A stretch of DNA of 64,000 bases from Candidatus Entotheonellaceae bacterium (GCA_965238075.1 OZ250173.1:1472001-1536000), one strand, 5' to 3'. Positions 41,358-50,923 are shown, counted from the first letter of the stretch. Made by a program: numbers and translations. The notes: generated by a model not told the origin, from the letters alone.

Positions 41358-42074
41358 TCAGTTAGCCTTCTTCAACTCAATGGGAAGTTCTATCACCTCC
41401 TTTTCGCCGACGGTCACCGGGATTTCCAGGGCGCCCGTATACTCTTGCCATGCGACCAGGGTATAGGTTCCCGGCGGCACATCCGTAATAGTAAACGTGC
41501 CGTCCGCTGTCGTGACGGCGTAGTAGGGATTCTCCGCGGTGTAAATCCAGCTCAGCATCCAGCCATGCGCATCGCATTCCACCCGCATGATGCCCGGACG
41601 CCTGAGCCGCTTCTTGATGCGCATCCCCTGGTCCGGCAAGGCCACGTTGAACACCGTCCGCCGGCCGAGAAAACCGTGGGTATTATGCAGCACCGGATCC
41701 GAGTTGATGATGTCCAGTTCGGACTTGACGGGAATGACCTGCACGTGCGGCCAGAACTTGCAATGCTCGTTGTTGAGTTCATAGGGGTCTTCTGCCTGTG
41801 CCCATGCCTTGCCTTTCGCTACGTCTTGAAGGTAGACGAAGGCGCCGTGGACGCCTTTGTCCGGTCCAACGACGACACGGGCTTCATCGCGGATGCCGCC
41901 ACAGACATCCTGGTCCTTCGTGGGGATAATCTTCCTGGTGGGTACGGCTCCTTGGTAGATCACCTTCCCGGAAATCGTTCCGCCGTCTGCAACCACGACT
42001 TCCTGATACGATTGGACCGGGAGCATGCTGGCAAGCACCACCAGCACGCCGATTCCTATTCTCAAGCATCTCAT
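41358..42074 (-). CDS. Secreted carboxypeptidase-regulatory-like domain protein with cupredoxin-like Cu motif
   Basis: Signal peptide, GGTISGKV, C.F.PHVQ, NSDPVLHNTH, CDAHGWM, DGTFTITDVPPGTYTL.AW. Confidence 0.8.
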   Translation of the reverse strand: MRCLRIGIGVLVVLASMLPVQSYQEVVVADGGTISGKVIYQGAVPTRKIIPTKDQDVCGGIRDEARVVVGPDKGVHGAFVYLQDVAKGKAWAQAEDPYELNNEHCKFWPHVQVIPVKSELDIINSDPVLHNTHGFLGRRTVFNVALPDQGMRIKKRLRRPGIMRVECDAHGWMLSWIYTAENPYYAVTTADGTFTITDVPPGTYTLVAWQEYTGALEIPVTVGEKEVIELPIELKKAN

Positions 42075-42482
42075 GTACCCTAACTCCTTCTTTCCAGCTT
42101 GCCAGAGCACCAGCCCGAACCAGCACGACTGACACCCGACCACCTATGGATAGGTATTTCGTACCCCGATATCACAGATCAATAAAAGGTCAAGGCTTTT
42201 TTTCAGAATGGCACCTTTCTCCGGCGACCATCTCGCATCCGTACCTGCCAGCAGTTCCGCAACGCTGGTCGCCACCTCATAACAAGCCGGTGATTTCCCT
42301 ACGCTGAGGGCGCCGAATTGTGCCCTGCCGTACGCAATTCTGGCGTCTTCGGCACCGCGAAGGTCGCTGGAAAGCAGGCTGCCCCAAGAAAAACCAGCGA
42401 CGGTGGGTTTTCCCCTTACCGATGTGATGTGACGCATCTTTAGAGCACGTTCGAATCAATACGGCTTACCGGCCGGGGCCTG

Positions 42483-42521
42483 CCCCTCACCCCGTACCCC
42501 CTTCCGCCAGGGAAGAGGGAG
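42483..42521. repeat. CCCCTCACCCC-type REP-like repeat
   Basis: CCCCTCACCCCGTACCCCCTTCCGCCAGGGAAGAGGGAG. Confidence 0.6.
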
Positions 42522-42635
42522 TAAACAGCGTTTTGTGTTGGAGGCTTAAAGTGGGTTCCCTCCCCCCTCCGTACGTGTGATGCAAATTAGGGAAAGTGAT
42601 GAATTGACGATTTCAACCCCCGCCAGCAAAGCCGC

Positions 42636-42738
42636 GTCACTCCCGCGAAAAGCCTGCCCTCGACTCCGATCAGGGCCGGGAGTCCAGAGGTTTTTCGGTG
42701 GGCTGAGGCCACTGGATTCCCGCGTTCGCGGGAATGAC
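42636..42738. repeat. GTCATTCCC-type palindromic repeat (REP/MITE-like)
   Basis: GTCACTCCCGCGAAA...GGGAGTCCAG...CTGGATTCCCGCGTTCGCGGGAATGAC. Confidence 0.75.
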
Positions 42739-42885
42739 AGTTCGGGAGCGTTGCGCGGGTTGTCTTTCGTCGTAATGCGTAACACACGTCTCCGTGGGGG
42801 AGTGTGCAAACAGACGATACGGGCCACCACAATGCAAGAATGTCTGTCCGAAAAAGTGCCAGATTCATCTTGTATGTGCCTTTTT

Positions 42886-42934
42886 AACCAAGGAATTCTG
42901 ACACTTTCATTGGCAAACCAAGGAATTCCGGCAC
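42886..42934 (+). repeat. Two 19-bp direct repeats (possible transposase-binding sites)
   Basis: AACCAAGGAATTCTGACAC and AACCAAGGAATTCCGGCAC, 30 bp apart. Confidence 0.6.
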
Positions 42935-43125
42935 AAAAACACACCATTTTGCTTTGAATCGTAACAGCGTGTCTTTGTGCTGTGCATGCCGTTCGAATTA
43001 ACGAGCAAGCCGCCCTCTGTCTCGGGGCTATCCTGCACGTGTTCTCACCACGCCGTTGCTCGGCTCGACCACACCTTGATAGAATCGCCGCAACACTTCA
43101 CACCGTAATGAACAGGATGCCGCTC

Positions 43126-43437
43126 ATGAACCCGAACCTGGTCATTCCCAAAGACCGCTTAGCCGACTTCTGCCGCGCCAACGGTATCGCCAGTCTCGCC
43201 GTCTTTGGCTCGGCGCTCCGCGACGACTTTGGACCTGACAGCGACGTCGACCTTCTCGTCGAGTTCCAGCCTGGGCAAACCCCCGGACTCCATTTCGTCA
43301 CCATCGCCGACGAACTCGAAACGCTCTTTGGCAGACCGGTCGACCTCCTCATCCGTGCCGCGGTCGAGCAGAGCCAAAACCCTATCCGCCGCAAGAGCAT
43401 CCTCAGCACTGCAGAGTTGATCTATGCGGCACGATGA
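43126..43437 (+). CDS. Minimal nucleotidyltransferase (MNT) antitoxin
   Basis: LAVFGSALRDDFGPDSDVDLLVEF, LFGRPVDL. Confidence 0.92.
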   Translation: MNPNLVIPKDRLADFCRANGIASLAVFGSALRDDFGPDSDVDLLVEFQPGQTPGLHFVTIADELETLFGRPVDLLIRAAVEQSQNPIRRKSILSTAELIYAAR

Positions 43438-43765
43438 TTCGTACCTCATCGACATGCTCCAGGCTGCTCGCAAGGCCACCGCCTTCGCCGCAGACCTCAC
43501 GTATCCGCAGTTCCAGCACAGCGACCTGCACCAGAACGCAATTCTCAAGGTTCTCGAAATCATCGGCGAAGCCGCCTCTCGCATCACGACCGACACTCAC
43601 CGCGCTTATCCGCAAATCCCATGGCGTCAGATCATCGGACTGCGCAACCGCGTCGTCCACGGTTACTTCGACATCGACCTCAACCTGATCTGGCAGATCG
43701 TCCACCAGGACATTCCCATTCTGCTCGACGAGCTCCAAGCTCTGCTCCCTCCGGACGCCGACTGA
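43424..43765 (+). CDS. DUF86/HEPN RNase toxin
   Basis: LEIIGEAA, IPW..I.GLRNRVVHGY (RxxxxH-x-Y); overlaps the MNT gene. Confidence 0.92.
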   Translation: MRHDDSYLIDMLQAARKATAFAADLTYPQFQHSDLHQNAILKVLEIIGEAASRITTDTHRAYPQIPWRQIIGLRNRVVHGYFDIDLNLIWQIVHQDIPILLDELQALLPPDAD

Positions 43766-43960
43766 TCCCATACTCGAAAGTCGCGGCGGTGTCGTCCCAC
43801 GTAGTAGGGCGATTACGGCCTTTTGCCGGCATCGTCGACGATCAGTCCAGGGGGTGGGAGGTTAGCCGAGACTTTCGGAAAACGAGACTCCTTGGGCAGC
43901 AGTCGAAGGTCTCCGCGTCGGTGTCCCGGCGTCCGGTCCTCCAGGTTAGATCCAGGTAGA

Positions 43961-44034
43961 TGGAAACCAACGAATCTTGACACAACCAAAAACCAACGAA
44001 TTCTGGCCATCTGGCCACATATGCTTGGTTTCCA
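43961..44034. mobile_element. 74-bp mini element with 10-bp terminal inverted repeats (IS-end relic/MITE)
   Basis: TGGAAACCAA...TTGGTTTCCA, with internal AACCAACGAAT repeats similar to those at 42886. Confidence 0.45.
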
Positions 44035-44102
44035 CAGGAGGGCTAGGGAGAGGGAAAAACAACCCCTCTGCTCGGAAGTTAATTTGCATCACACGTCTTG
44101 AG

Positions 44103-44417
44103 GGTGAGCCGACCGGCGTGGTGGAGTTGCCGGTGGAGTGGATCAAGGACGACTATCCCTACTTCGGCATGGACCGCGTGACCACCATCCGCCCGCACAC
44201 GGCGCCCTCGCTGGTGGGTGAAATCTGGCGGCGCGAGTTCGACGACGCCTACGCGGAACGCGGCCTCTTCCTGCTCACCATGCACCCCCACATCATCGGG
44301 CACCGCTCGCGCGTCAGCGTTCTCGACGAGCTGATCCGGCACATGCGCTCGCACAGCGGCGTGTGGTTCGCGACGCATGCCGACATCGCCCGGTACGTCA
44401 AGGCGCAAGCGGGGTAG
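44103..44417 (+). pseudogene. Duplicated 3' third of the polysaccharide deacetylase gene (right direct repeat)
   Basis: GEPTGVVELPVEW...YVKAQAG*, ~95% nt identity to 31908..32222; no 5' part. Confidence 0.93.
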
Positions 44418-44598
44418 GGGGCAGTTGCCGACTCTGATCCTGGTAAATTTCGATAACCGCGGCGAGTGCATCCTTAACGTTGGCCAGCGCCTCGGAAACG
44501 GAGTCCCCTTCCGTGATCAACTCCGGCAATACGGGAGAGGTCACGGTATACCCACCCTCAGCTTGGGGCGTCAAGATAAGAGGTATTGTGTAGTCCAT
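44398..44598 (-). CDS. hicB: HicB-family antitoxin (orphan)
   Basis: LTPQAEGGYTVTSP.LPELITEGDSV.EALAN.KDA. Confidence 0.85.
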   Translation of the reverse strand: MDYTIPLILTPQAEGGYTVTSPVLPELITEGDSVSEALANVKDALAAVIEIYQDQSRQLPPTPLAP

Positions 44599-44722
44599 GC
44601 GAATGTCTTCAGACGTCCAACTCTGAACCTAAGTTGCTTTAACTTCTTTGCTAACAAAGGGTATGGAATGTCTTCGATATTCTTCAACAGCGCCGGCCGA
44701 CCCAAGCAGCCACCGAAGAGTT

Positions 44723-45385
44723 TCATGGTCTGGCCGCCAAGGCATCGGCCTCTCGGATTTCGCGGGTTAATCGACCGACGGTTGTGGAGGGATTGCCGTA
44801 CGGCTTGTCTTCTTTTATCCGGCGTCGTAACTGGATCTCACTGCGTCGTTCAGCCGCTTCGACCCGTTTTACCAATTCGTTGCAGTCGGGTGTTTTCGGG
44901 CCGTCCCGATCATATTCCGGACGCAACTTTGCAAGCATCTTTTGCACCGCGTGTCGGTGCTCAGGCCTGTCAAAATCCTGCTCGTGAAGAATCAACCAGA
45001 GCTCGAAACATGGATCGGATCGGCCAACTCCTACGTTCTGGCTTTCGCAATTTGCTACTGCCTCGTTGAATCGAGAATGTTCATCGCGGTCAAACACCGC
45101 CCAAACTTGGTCTCGTTTTTCATACGAGTCCTTCTGGCGCCGGCTGTGGGGGGTAAGTCCGAGGAATTTGGCTCGGTTGATGGCTGTTCGTGCAATCACA
45201 GAGGGATCACCCACGCCGCCATGGGTCTCAACGTTGATGAGCGTGCTGGAGCATGCACGGCGGACCGCCTCGAAATAGGCGACCTCCGTCTTCGCGCCTT
45301 CGCAGAACAGAATAAATCTTCGCTTTGGTTCACGGCTGTGCTTGGACCGCCTGAGTTGTGGGGGCTTCCTGCGGCTGCGTGTCAT
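44723..45385 (-). CDS. rloB: RloB family protein
   Basis: ILFCEG.KTE..YF, VWAVFDRDEH, S.PCFELWLILH, NPST.V..L. Confidence 0.9.
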   Translation of the reverse strand: MTRSRRKPPQLRRSKHSREPKRRFILFCEGAKTEVAYFEAVRRACSSTLINVETHGGVGDPSVIARTAINRAKFLGLTPHSRRQKDSYEKRDQVWAVFDRDEHSRFNEAVANCESQNVGVGRSDPCFELWLILHEQDFDRPEHRHAVQKMLAKLRPEYDRDGPKTPDCNELVKRVEAAERRSEIQLRRRIKEDKPYGNPSTTVGRLTREIREADALAARP

Positions 45386-46653
45386 GGGCTGGGAGAGGCT
45401 CCGGTGAGAGGTACCGCGCCGTATCGACCCTCCAGATATCCCCTCCTGAGATCGTCGCTCTTTCGGGTCCGAATGTCGGTCAACGGATAGAGTTGTGTTG
45501 CGCCCTCGGCGTCCTTTTCCGTAAACCACACCTGGTCCCGCCGAAGCACCAATGATTTCAGCAGATTAGTGTCGTGGGTTGTTGCGATGAGCTGTGCGCC
45601 CTTGGGATTGCTTTCCGACGAGCAGAATAGTTTCAGCACGGCTTCGCTGGCTTGGGTATGCAGGCTGGCATCGAGTTCGTCGACGCACAGAGATCGGCCT
45701 TCGTCGAGCGCTTGATATGCGAGACCGAGCACAATTAACAACCGACGCGTGCCAGCACTCTCTTTCTCCAATTCAATGTAAAACTCTTCTCCGTTTCGAC
45801 CGCTGTGAGCAAGTTCAAAAGTAACCTGCTTGTCGTTGTCGTCCATCTCAATATTAGCCCGAGCGCCCGCAATTTTCTTGAATGCTGTAACCAGCGCTTG
45901 ACGAAAAGCTCTGTCTTCTTCCGAAAGTTCGGTTTCCGTTGGCCGATAACCTGTGACCCCAGTATTAATCTCCCTAAGAAAACCGATCACGCGAGAATCC
46001 GGCCCCCCTTTCTCAGTCATTCGTGCCGAGGCATCTACGCCAGGGATGTCGATATTCTGCATGCCAAGGATCGACCGAAAAAATACGAACACCTTAGATA
46101 GATATTCGTGACCGTTCTGAGCGGCAGCCGACAGATAGAGGCTATTGGGCCTGGTCAGGCCAGCAATGCTGTTATTCTGTCCCCTCAACCCACGCCCAAA
46201 ATGAAATTTGCCGCGGTTCCGTTCAAACAGAGTCCGTTGGTGCGATTTGGGGAAGACATAGAGCCATTCGGTTTCGAAGACCCTAGACGATGTCTCGAAC
46301 CCGTAATGATGTCGCACACCGTCAATAACAAAATCGATATCGAAACGCGATGATGTTTTAGAACTGACGGAATCGAGTCTGAACGGGCGGCGTGGCGGCA
46401 CACCACCATCAGGTTCCCCTCTCGTCTGGGACCACAAGACCATGGACCGCATGGCGCCTATCGCGTCGACAAAATTGCTTTTCCCCGACGCGTTGGGGCC
46501 GTAGATCACAACCGCTGGCAAAATCGACCCGTTGGGCGCCACCTCACAGTCGATAAGTCCTTCACGGCGGTCTTTCAACGAAGACGTCGTAAACGACAAT
46601 TCCTGGTAATCCCGTATCGACAGGTGGTTGGAGACGCCAAAGCGAAGAAGCAT
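45382..46653 (-). CDS. AAA_21 ATPase (RloA-like abortive-infection ATPase)
   Basis: IYGPNASGKSN (Walker A), ESAGT, VDELDASLH, QLIATTHD, RRDQVWF.EK, YL.GRYGAVP. Confidence 0.92.
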   Translation of the reverse strand: MLLRFGVSNHLSIRDYQELSFTTSSLKDRREGLIDCEVAPNGSILPAVVIYGPNASGKSNFVDAIGAMRSMVLWSQTRGEPDGGVPPRRPFRLDSVSSKTSSRFDIDFVIDGVRHHYGFETSSRVFETEWLYVFPKSHQRTLFERNRGKFHFGRGLRGQNNSIAGLTRPNSLYLSAAAQNGHEYLSKVFVFFRSILGMQNIDIPGVDASARMTEKGGPDSRVIGFLREINTGVTGYRPTETELSEEDRAFRQALVTAFKKIAGARANIEMDDNDKQVTFELAHSGRNGEEFYIELEKESAGTRRLLIVLGLAYQALDEGRSLCVDELDASLHTQASEAVLKLFCSSESNPKGAQLIATTHDTNLLKSLVLRRDQVWFTEKDAEGATQLYPLTDIRTRKSDDLRRGYLEGRYGAVPLTGASPSP

Positions 46654-46968
46654 ACAAATTCTCCCAATGTTTACGTCAATTCAACCGATATAGAATCCAA
46701 TATGCGGAATTTTCGCATATTCTCTCATATCACGTCAATTTCTTTGTAATACAGGATGCGCCGTAGAATACGTCTCTAGGTACCAGCAGTCCCCACCCGG
46801 TATTTCTTGGACTCATGGTGGTTATCGCTCTACGCGATATGTGAAAACCGATACCGCACATCGTCTTGAGGGGTTCGGAGCCGCCGTGTATACTGCCGCC
46901 CCGACACAGACCCAAGGTCAAAACCCACGCGGGGCACCTGCCGCGCCCCATTGCCTCAGGAGGGCACC

Positions 46969-48231
46969 ATGCGACCAGCACGCCCGGCATTCATTGCGGC
47001 CCAGGCGCTGACGCCGTTCATCGGCAAGGGCAGTCCCAACTTCATCGCCAAGGGGCACCCGGACTATGGCGTCAAGGAGAACCCGACGCTTGAGGACCAT
47101 ATCGCCACGGTCATCCGCCAGCTGTTGGACGATAACGGCATTGATCCGAGCCTCATCCAGCGCGGCTACATCGGCAACTTTGCCGGCGAGTTGTTCTCCA
47201 GCCAGGGCTTCCTCGGCGCCATGCTGGCACGGGCGGACGAACGATTGGCGGGCATCGGCTGTGCGCGGGTGGAGGCGGCGTGCGCGTCCGGCGGCGTCGG
47301 CATCGTTGGCGCCATCGAGGCCGTCCAGGCCGGCCTGGACGTCGTCCTGGTGGTCGGGGCGGAGGTGCAGACGACGGTGCGGGCGCGTGAGGGCGCCGAC
47401 TACTTGGCGCGCGCTGCCCATTACGCCAGTGAGCGGTCCATCGACGATTTCACCTTCCCCGCCCTGCTCGCCCGCCGCGCCAAGGCGTACAAGGAAACCT
47501 ACGGCCTCACCGACCGCGATCTGGCGCATTTCTCCGTCAAGGCGTACGCTAACGCCAACCGTAACCCTTTGGCCCACATGCACACCGTCAAGATGACCCT
47601 CGACCAGGCCGCCACGGCCAGCGATTCCAACCCGAACTTCCTGCAAAATCCGGAGTTGCACGAGCACCTCAGGGTCAGCGATTGCTCGCAGGTGAGCGAC
47701 GGCGCCGCGGCGGTGATCATCGCCAGCGAAACGGGCCTGGAGAAGTTGGGCCGGGCACGGCAGGACTGCGTGCAACTGAAATCGTACGGCTTCTGCACCA
47801 ACCCGTTGGGTCAGGTGGACGATCTGCTGCGCCTCGACACCGCCGCCTCGGCCGCCGCCGAAGCCATGCAGGACGGCGGCATCACGCCGCAGGACGTGCA
47901 GATGGCCGAGATGCACGACTGCTTCACGATCGCTGAGTTGATGATGTACGAGGCCATCGGCTTCGCCGAGCCGGGCAAGGGCATCGACCTGCTGCGCTCC
48001 GGCGAGACCTCCCTGGAAGGCAGCATGCCGGTCAACCCCGGCGGCGGCCTGGTGGGTTTCGGTCACCCCGTCGGCGCCACCGGCGTCAAGCAGGCCGCCG
48101 AGGTCTACCGTCAGATGAAGGGCCTGTGCGGGGACTACCAGATACAGAAGGACATCCACACCGGCCTGACCGCCAACATGGGTGGCGACGACCGCACGGT
48201 CGTTTCACTGGTGCTGGAAAACGTCGAGTAA
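46969..48231 (+). CDS. SCP2-type thiolase
   Basis: RVEAACASGG, DCSQVSDGAAA, HDCF, GGL.GFGHPVGATG, NMGGDD. Confidence 0.92.
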   Translation: MRPARPAFIAAQALTPFIGKGSPNFIAKGHPDYGVKENPTLEDHIATVIRQLLDDNGIDPSLIQRGYIGNFAGELFSSQGFLGAMLARADERLAGIGCARVEAACASGGVGIVGAIEAVQAGLDVVLVVGAEVQTTVRAREGADYLARAAHYASERSIDDFTFPALLARRAKAYKETYGLTDRDLAHFSVKAYANANRNPLAHMHTVKMTLDQAATASDSNPNFLQNPELHEHLRVSDCSQVSDGAAAVIIASETGLEKLGRARQDCVQLKSYGFCTNPLGQVDDLLRLDTAASAAAEAMQDGGITPQDVQMAEMHDCFTIAELMMYEAIGFAEPGKGIDLLRSGETSLEGSMPVNPGGGLVGFGHPVGATGVKQAAEVYRQMKGLCGDYQIQKDIHTGLTANMGGDDRTVVSLVLENVE

Positions 48232-48262
48232 GGTGCAAACCGGGAACATCCTTCACTGAACC

Positions 48263-48285
48263 CCCCAACCCCCCTTGTCAGGGGG
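48263..48285 (+). repeat. 23-bp repeat, identical to 50924..50946
   Basis: CCCCAACCCCCCTTGTCAGGGGG. Confidence 0.8.
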
Positions 48286-48402
48286 TCTCGTTTGTGAACG
48301 ATGTTCGGCTTGCACAGTCTGGCCATCCTGGCAGCCTTCTTAAGATGTCCTCTCAAGTGACCCGTGCAACCCTCTCGTTTCACCAAGAAACCGGAGGCGA
48401 GC

Positions 48403-48520
48403 ATGCTCATTCAAAAGGACTACTGGATGATGAAGGAACCACGTCAGAAAGGGGTCTACCGGGGCGATATTGCCGAGCGCCTTGAGGTGCATCCCGGAAC
48501 GGCCAGTCAGCGGCCAGTAT
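48403..48520 (+). mobile_element. IS21-family IstA N-terminal (HTH) remnant
   Basis: MLIQKDYWMMKEPRQKGVYRGDIAERLEVHPGT resembles the IS21 IstA N-terminus; GGAGG RBS; similarity then ends. Confidence 0.65.
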
Positions 48521-48826
48521 CGAGGCGGCTCGCCCACGGGCCGACGCGGCGCTCGCCCGTCTGTGCCAACCTCGCACTCGCCAAAACCCAACCAATACCC
48601 CCTCCGGTGGCGCCTTGTGCCTCCGGCTGGAGGGTTGGGTGTTCGTAAGATGGTCACTTGGGGCCGTGGTTACCATTGTTCACATAGTCGCCAGAAACTG
48701 CCATTTGCTGCCGCCGTGGTATCGAGAAGACAAAGAACTTGACACCATGGAAAGCCGCTTTGGCATGCAGCGTATGAGATTCCGACCCTTGGCCCCAACT
48801 TTGTCGCAACAAGAAGGAGGTATGCC

Positions 48827-50446
48827 ATGAGGCAAATTGTGAAGAAGCTGCGAACCTTTGAAATGGCCATGGTATTTGTCGTGATGGCTTTCAGCTTCGG
48901 CATGCAGGGCCTTATCGTGAATGATCAGGCGCTTGCTCAGTCGGATACCTTCGATATCATGGAAACGACTATTGCGGATATACACCATCACGTCAAAGCC
49001 GGAAATCTGACCTTTCGGCAATTGGTGCAGATGTATTTGGATCGGATCGAGGCCTATGACGAGAGCACCAGATTGAATGCTTTCGTTGTGCTCAACCCGA
49101 ATGCCTTGAGCCGGGCGGACGAATTGGATGCGGAATTTCAGCGTACGGGACAGCTCAGGCCGTTGCACGGGATTCCGGCTGTCGTGAAAGACAATTACGA
49201 TACGTATGATTTGCAGACTGCTGGTGGCACTTTGGCTCTCAAAGGCTCCCTGCCGCCTGACGATGCGTTCCAGATCAAGAAGCTTCGCGAGGCGGGGGCG
49301 ATTATTCTCGGCAAGACCAATATGGCGGAATTGGCTTTCAGTCCTTACGTCACGGTCAGTTCTATCGATGGCATTACCCGAAACCCGTACGACTTGAGTC
49401 GTGTCCCGGCCGGCTCCAGTGGGGGTACGGCGGCGGCGATTGCCTCCAACCTGGGGGTGATCGGACTCGGCACGGACACGGGGAATTCCATTCGCGGGCC
49501 GTCCTCGCATAACGGTCTGGTGGGGATACGTTCGACGATGGGGCTGACCAGCCGCGACGGCATCATCCCGCTGTTCTTGCGTAATGACATCGGCGGGCCG
49601 TTGTGTCGTACCGTCGAGGATGCGGTGCGCGTTCTGGAGGTGATCGCGGGGCACGATCCCCAGGACCCGGTGACGGAGGCCAGCATCGGTCGAGTGGAGG
49701 ATTCTTACCTGAAGTTTCTGGATAAGGATGGTTTGAAGGGTGCCCGCATCGGGGTTTTTCGCTATCACCTCAATCAGGAAACCACAGACCCCGAGATCAG
49801 GCGCTTAACCAACCAAGCCGTCGAAGACTTGAGCGCCCTGGGCGCCACCATGGTTGAGATGGATATTCCCAGATTCGAAGAGATGATCCACGGGAAAGAC
49901 AAATCGGACCCATGGCGTCTATGGTGTAACACGTTCCGTTTTGACTTCAACAACTATCTCGCCAGCCTCGGTCCTGAGGCCCCATACAAGAACCTGGGGG
50001 AAGTCGTGGCGTCAGGCTTGTATCTTCCCTACATTGATGGACGCATGAAAAATGCGCTGGAACAAGACCTGAACCCTGTGGAACGAAATTGTACGAGTGT
50101 AAAGCTCGAAGCGAAGAACGAGGAGTTCCGCAATGCGATTCAAGCAGCCATGGACAAGAACGAGGTAGATGCCTTCGTCTACCCCACCTGGAGCAATCAG
50201 CCTCGGAAAATTGGGGATATGGACAGTCCCAATGGCGACAACAGCCAGCATATTTCCCCTCACACCGGCATGCCCGCCATCACCGTGCCCACGGGATTCA
50301 CGAACGATCATGGTTTGCCAACCGGCTTGACCTTTATTGCGAAGGAATTTGAAGAAGGCAAGCTCATCCGGTATACGTATGCCTATGAACAAGGCACCCA
50401 ACACCGCAAGCCGCCGGCACAGTTTGGCCCGTTGACAAGCGAATAG
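48827..50446 (+). CDS. Secreted amidase-signature family amidase
   Basis: Signal peptide; [33 protein letters not shown] (Ser-cisSer-Lys triad). Confidence 0.93.
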   Translation: MRQIVKKLRTFEMAMVFVVMAFSFGMQGLIVNDQALAQSDTFDIMETTIADIHHHVKAGNLTFRQLVQMYLDRIEAYDESTRLNAFVVLNPNALSRADELDAEFQRTGQLRPLHGIPAVVKDNYDTYDLQTAGGTLALKGSLPPDDAFQIKKLREAGAIILGKTNMAELAFSPYVTVSSIDGITRNPYDLSRVPAGSSGGTAAAIASNLGVIGLGTDTGNSIRGPSSHNGLVGIRSTMGLTSRDGIIPLFLRNDIGGPLCRTVEDAVRVLEVIAGHDPQDPVTEASIGRVEDSYLKFLDKDGLKGARIGVFRYHLNQETTDPEIRRLTNQAVEDLSALGATMVEMDIPRFEEMIHGKDKSDPWRLWCNTFRFDFNNYLASLGPEAPYKNLGEVVASGLYLPYIDGRMKNALEQDLNPVERNCTSVKLEAKNEEFRNAIQAAMDKNEVDAFVYPTWSNQPRKIGDMDSPNGDNSQHISPHTGMPAITVPTGFTNDHGLPTGLTFIAKEFEEGKLIRYTYAYEQGTQHRKPPAQFGPLTSE

Positions 50447-50923
50447 ATGATGGCGTTGTGACTCGGAAGGGATCAAACGCCTTTTCTTGGGTCGCCAGGC
50501 AACTCAAATGGCACGCATGGGCGCTTATGTTGACAATTGCGGCATTGCGCCCGGCGATGCCATTTTGGTGCACGTTCTATGCGCTTGCCTCATATAACCC
50601 TCCGTCCCCAGTACCACCATCGGAAGCAAACGCCCGAGCCAGGGGCTAGGTGACGTTGAGAACGAATGAGCCGGTTGCTTCGCCGCACGGCTCCGCTCGC
50701 CAGCGGCTGACCCGCGCGTAGCTGGGCATCCCTCCCCTGCAGGCCTCCTCCTCGCGTTCAACGCGGGATGCACATCCCTGATGAACAGACCCGCCCAATG
50801 CCACAAGTCGCCCTCTGTGTTGAGGCACGGGTGATTCCGGTCGTCCTTCGGCCCTGCGATTGGCATGAGTTGCCTTTCGGAAGGCTTCTGGCCCTTCCAA
50901 CCAATGGCAAACCGATATAAGCG

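Noticed and set aside
42160-42200. FNR box / promoter upstream of the oxidase operon
   Set aside because: Only a TTGAT half-site and a weak TTGACC -35; not enough to call.
42886-44036. CRISPR array
   Set aside because: Only pairs of degenerate 19-mers separated by 7-11 nt, and no cas genes.
31908-44417. Diversity-generating retroelement (TR/VR pair)
   Set aside because: Mismatches are not adenine-specific (mostly silent third-position changes) and no reverse transcriptase is present.
43977-44417. 146-aa ORF as a functional second deacetylase
   Set aside because: Its N-terminus is translated repeat DNA, and the catalytic and metal-binding motifs are missing.
44094-46872. Shared CGTCTTGAGGG at both edges of the HicB/RloAB block as att sites
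   Set aside because: Only about 11 bp and no recombinase; could be chance.
50640-50900. Structured ncRNA or small gene in the intergenic region
   Set aside because: No recognisable RNA family motif and no convincing protein; needs an Rfam/Infernal search.
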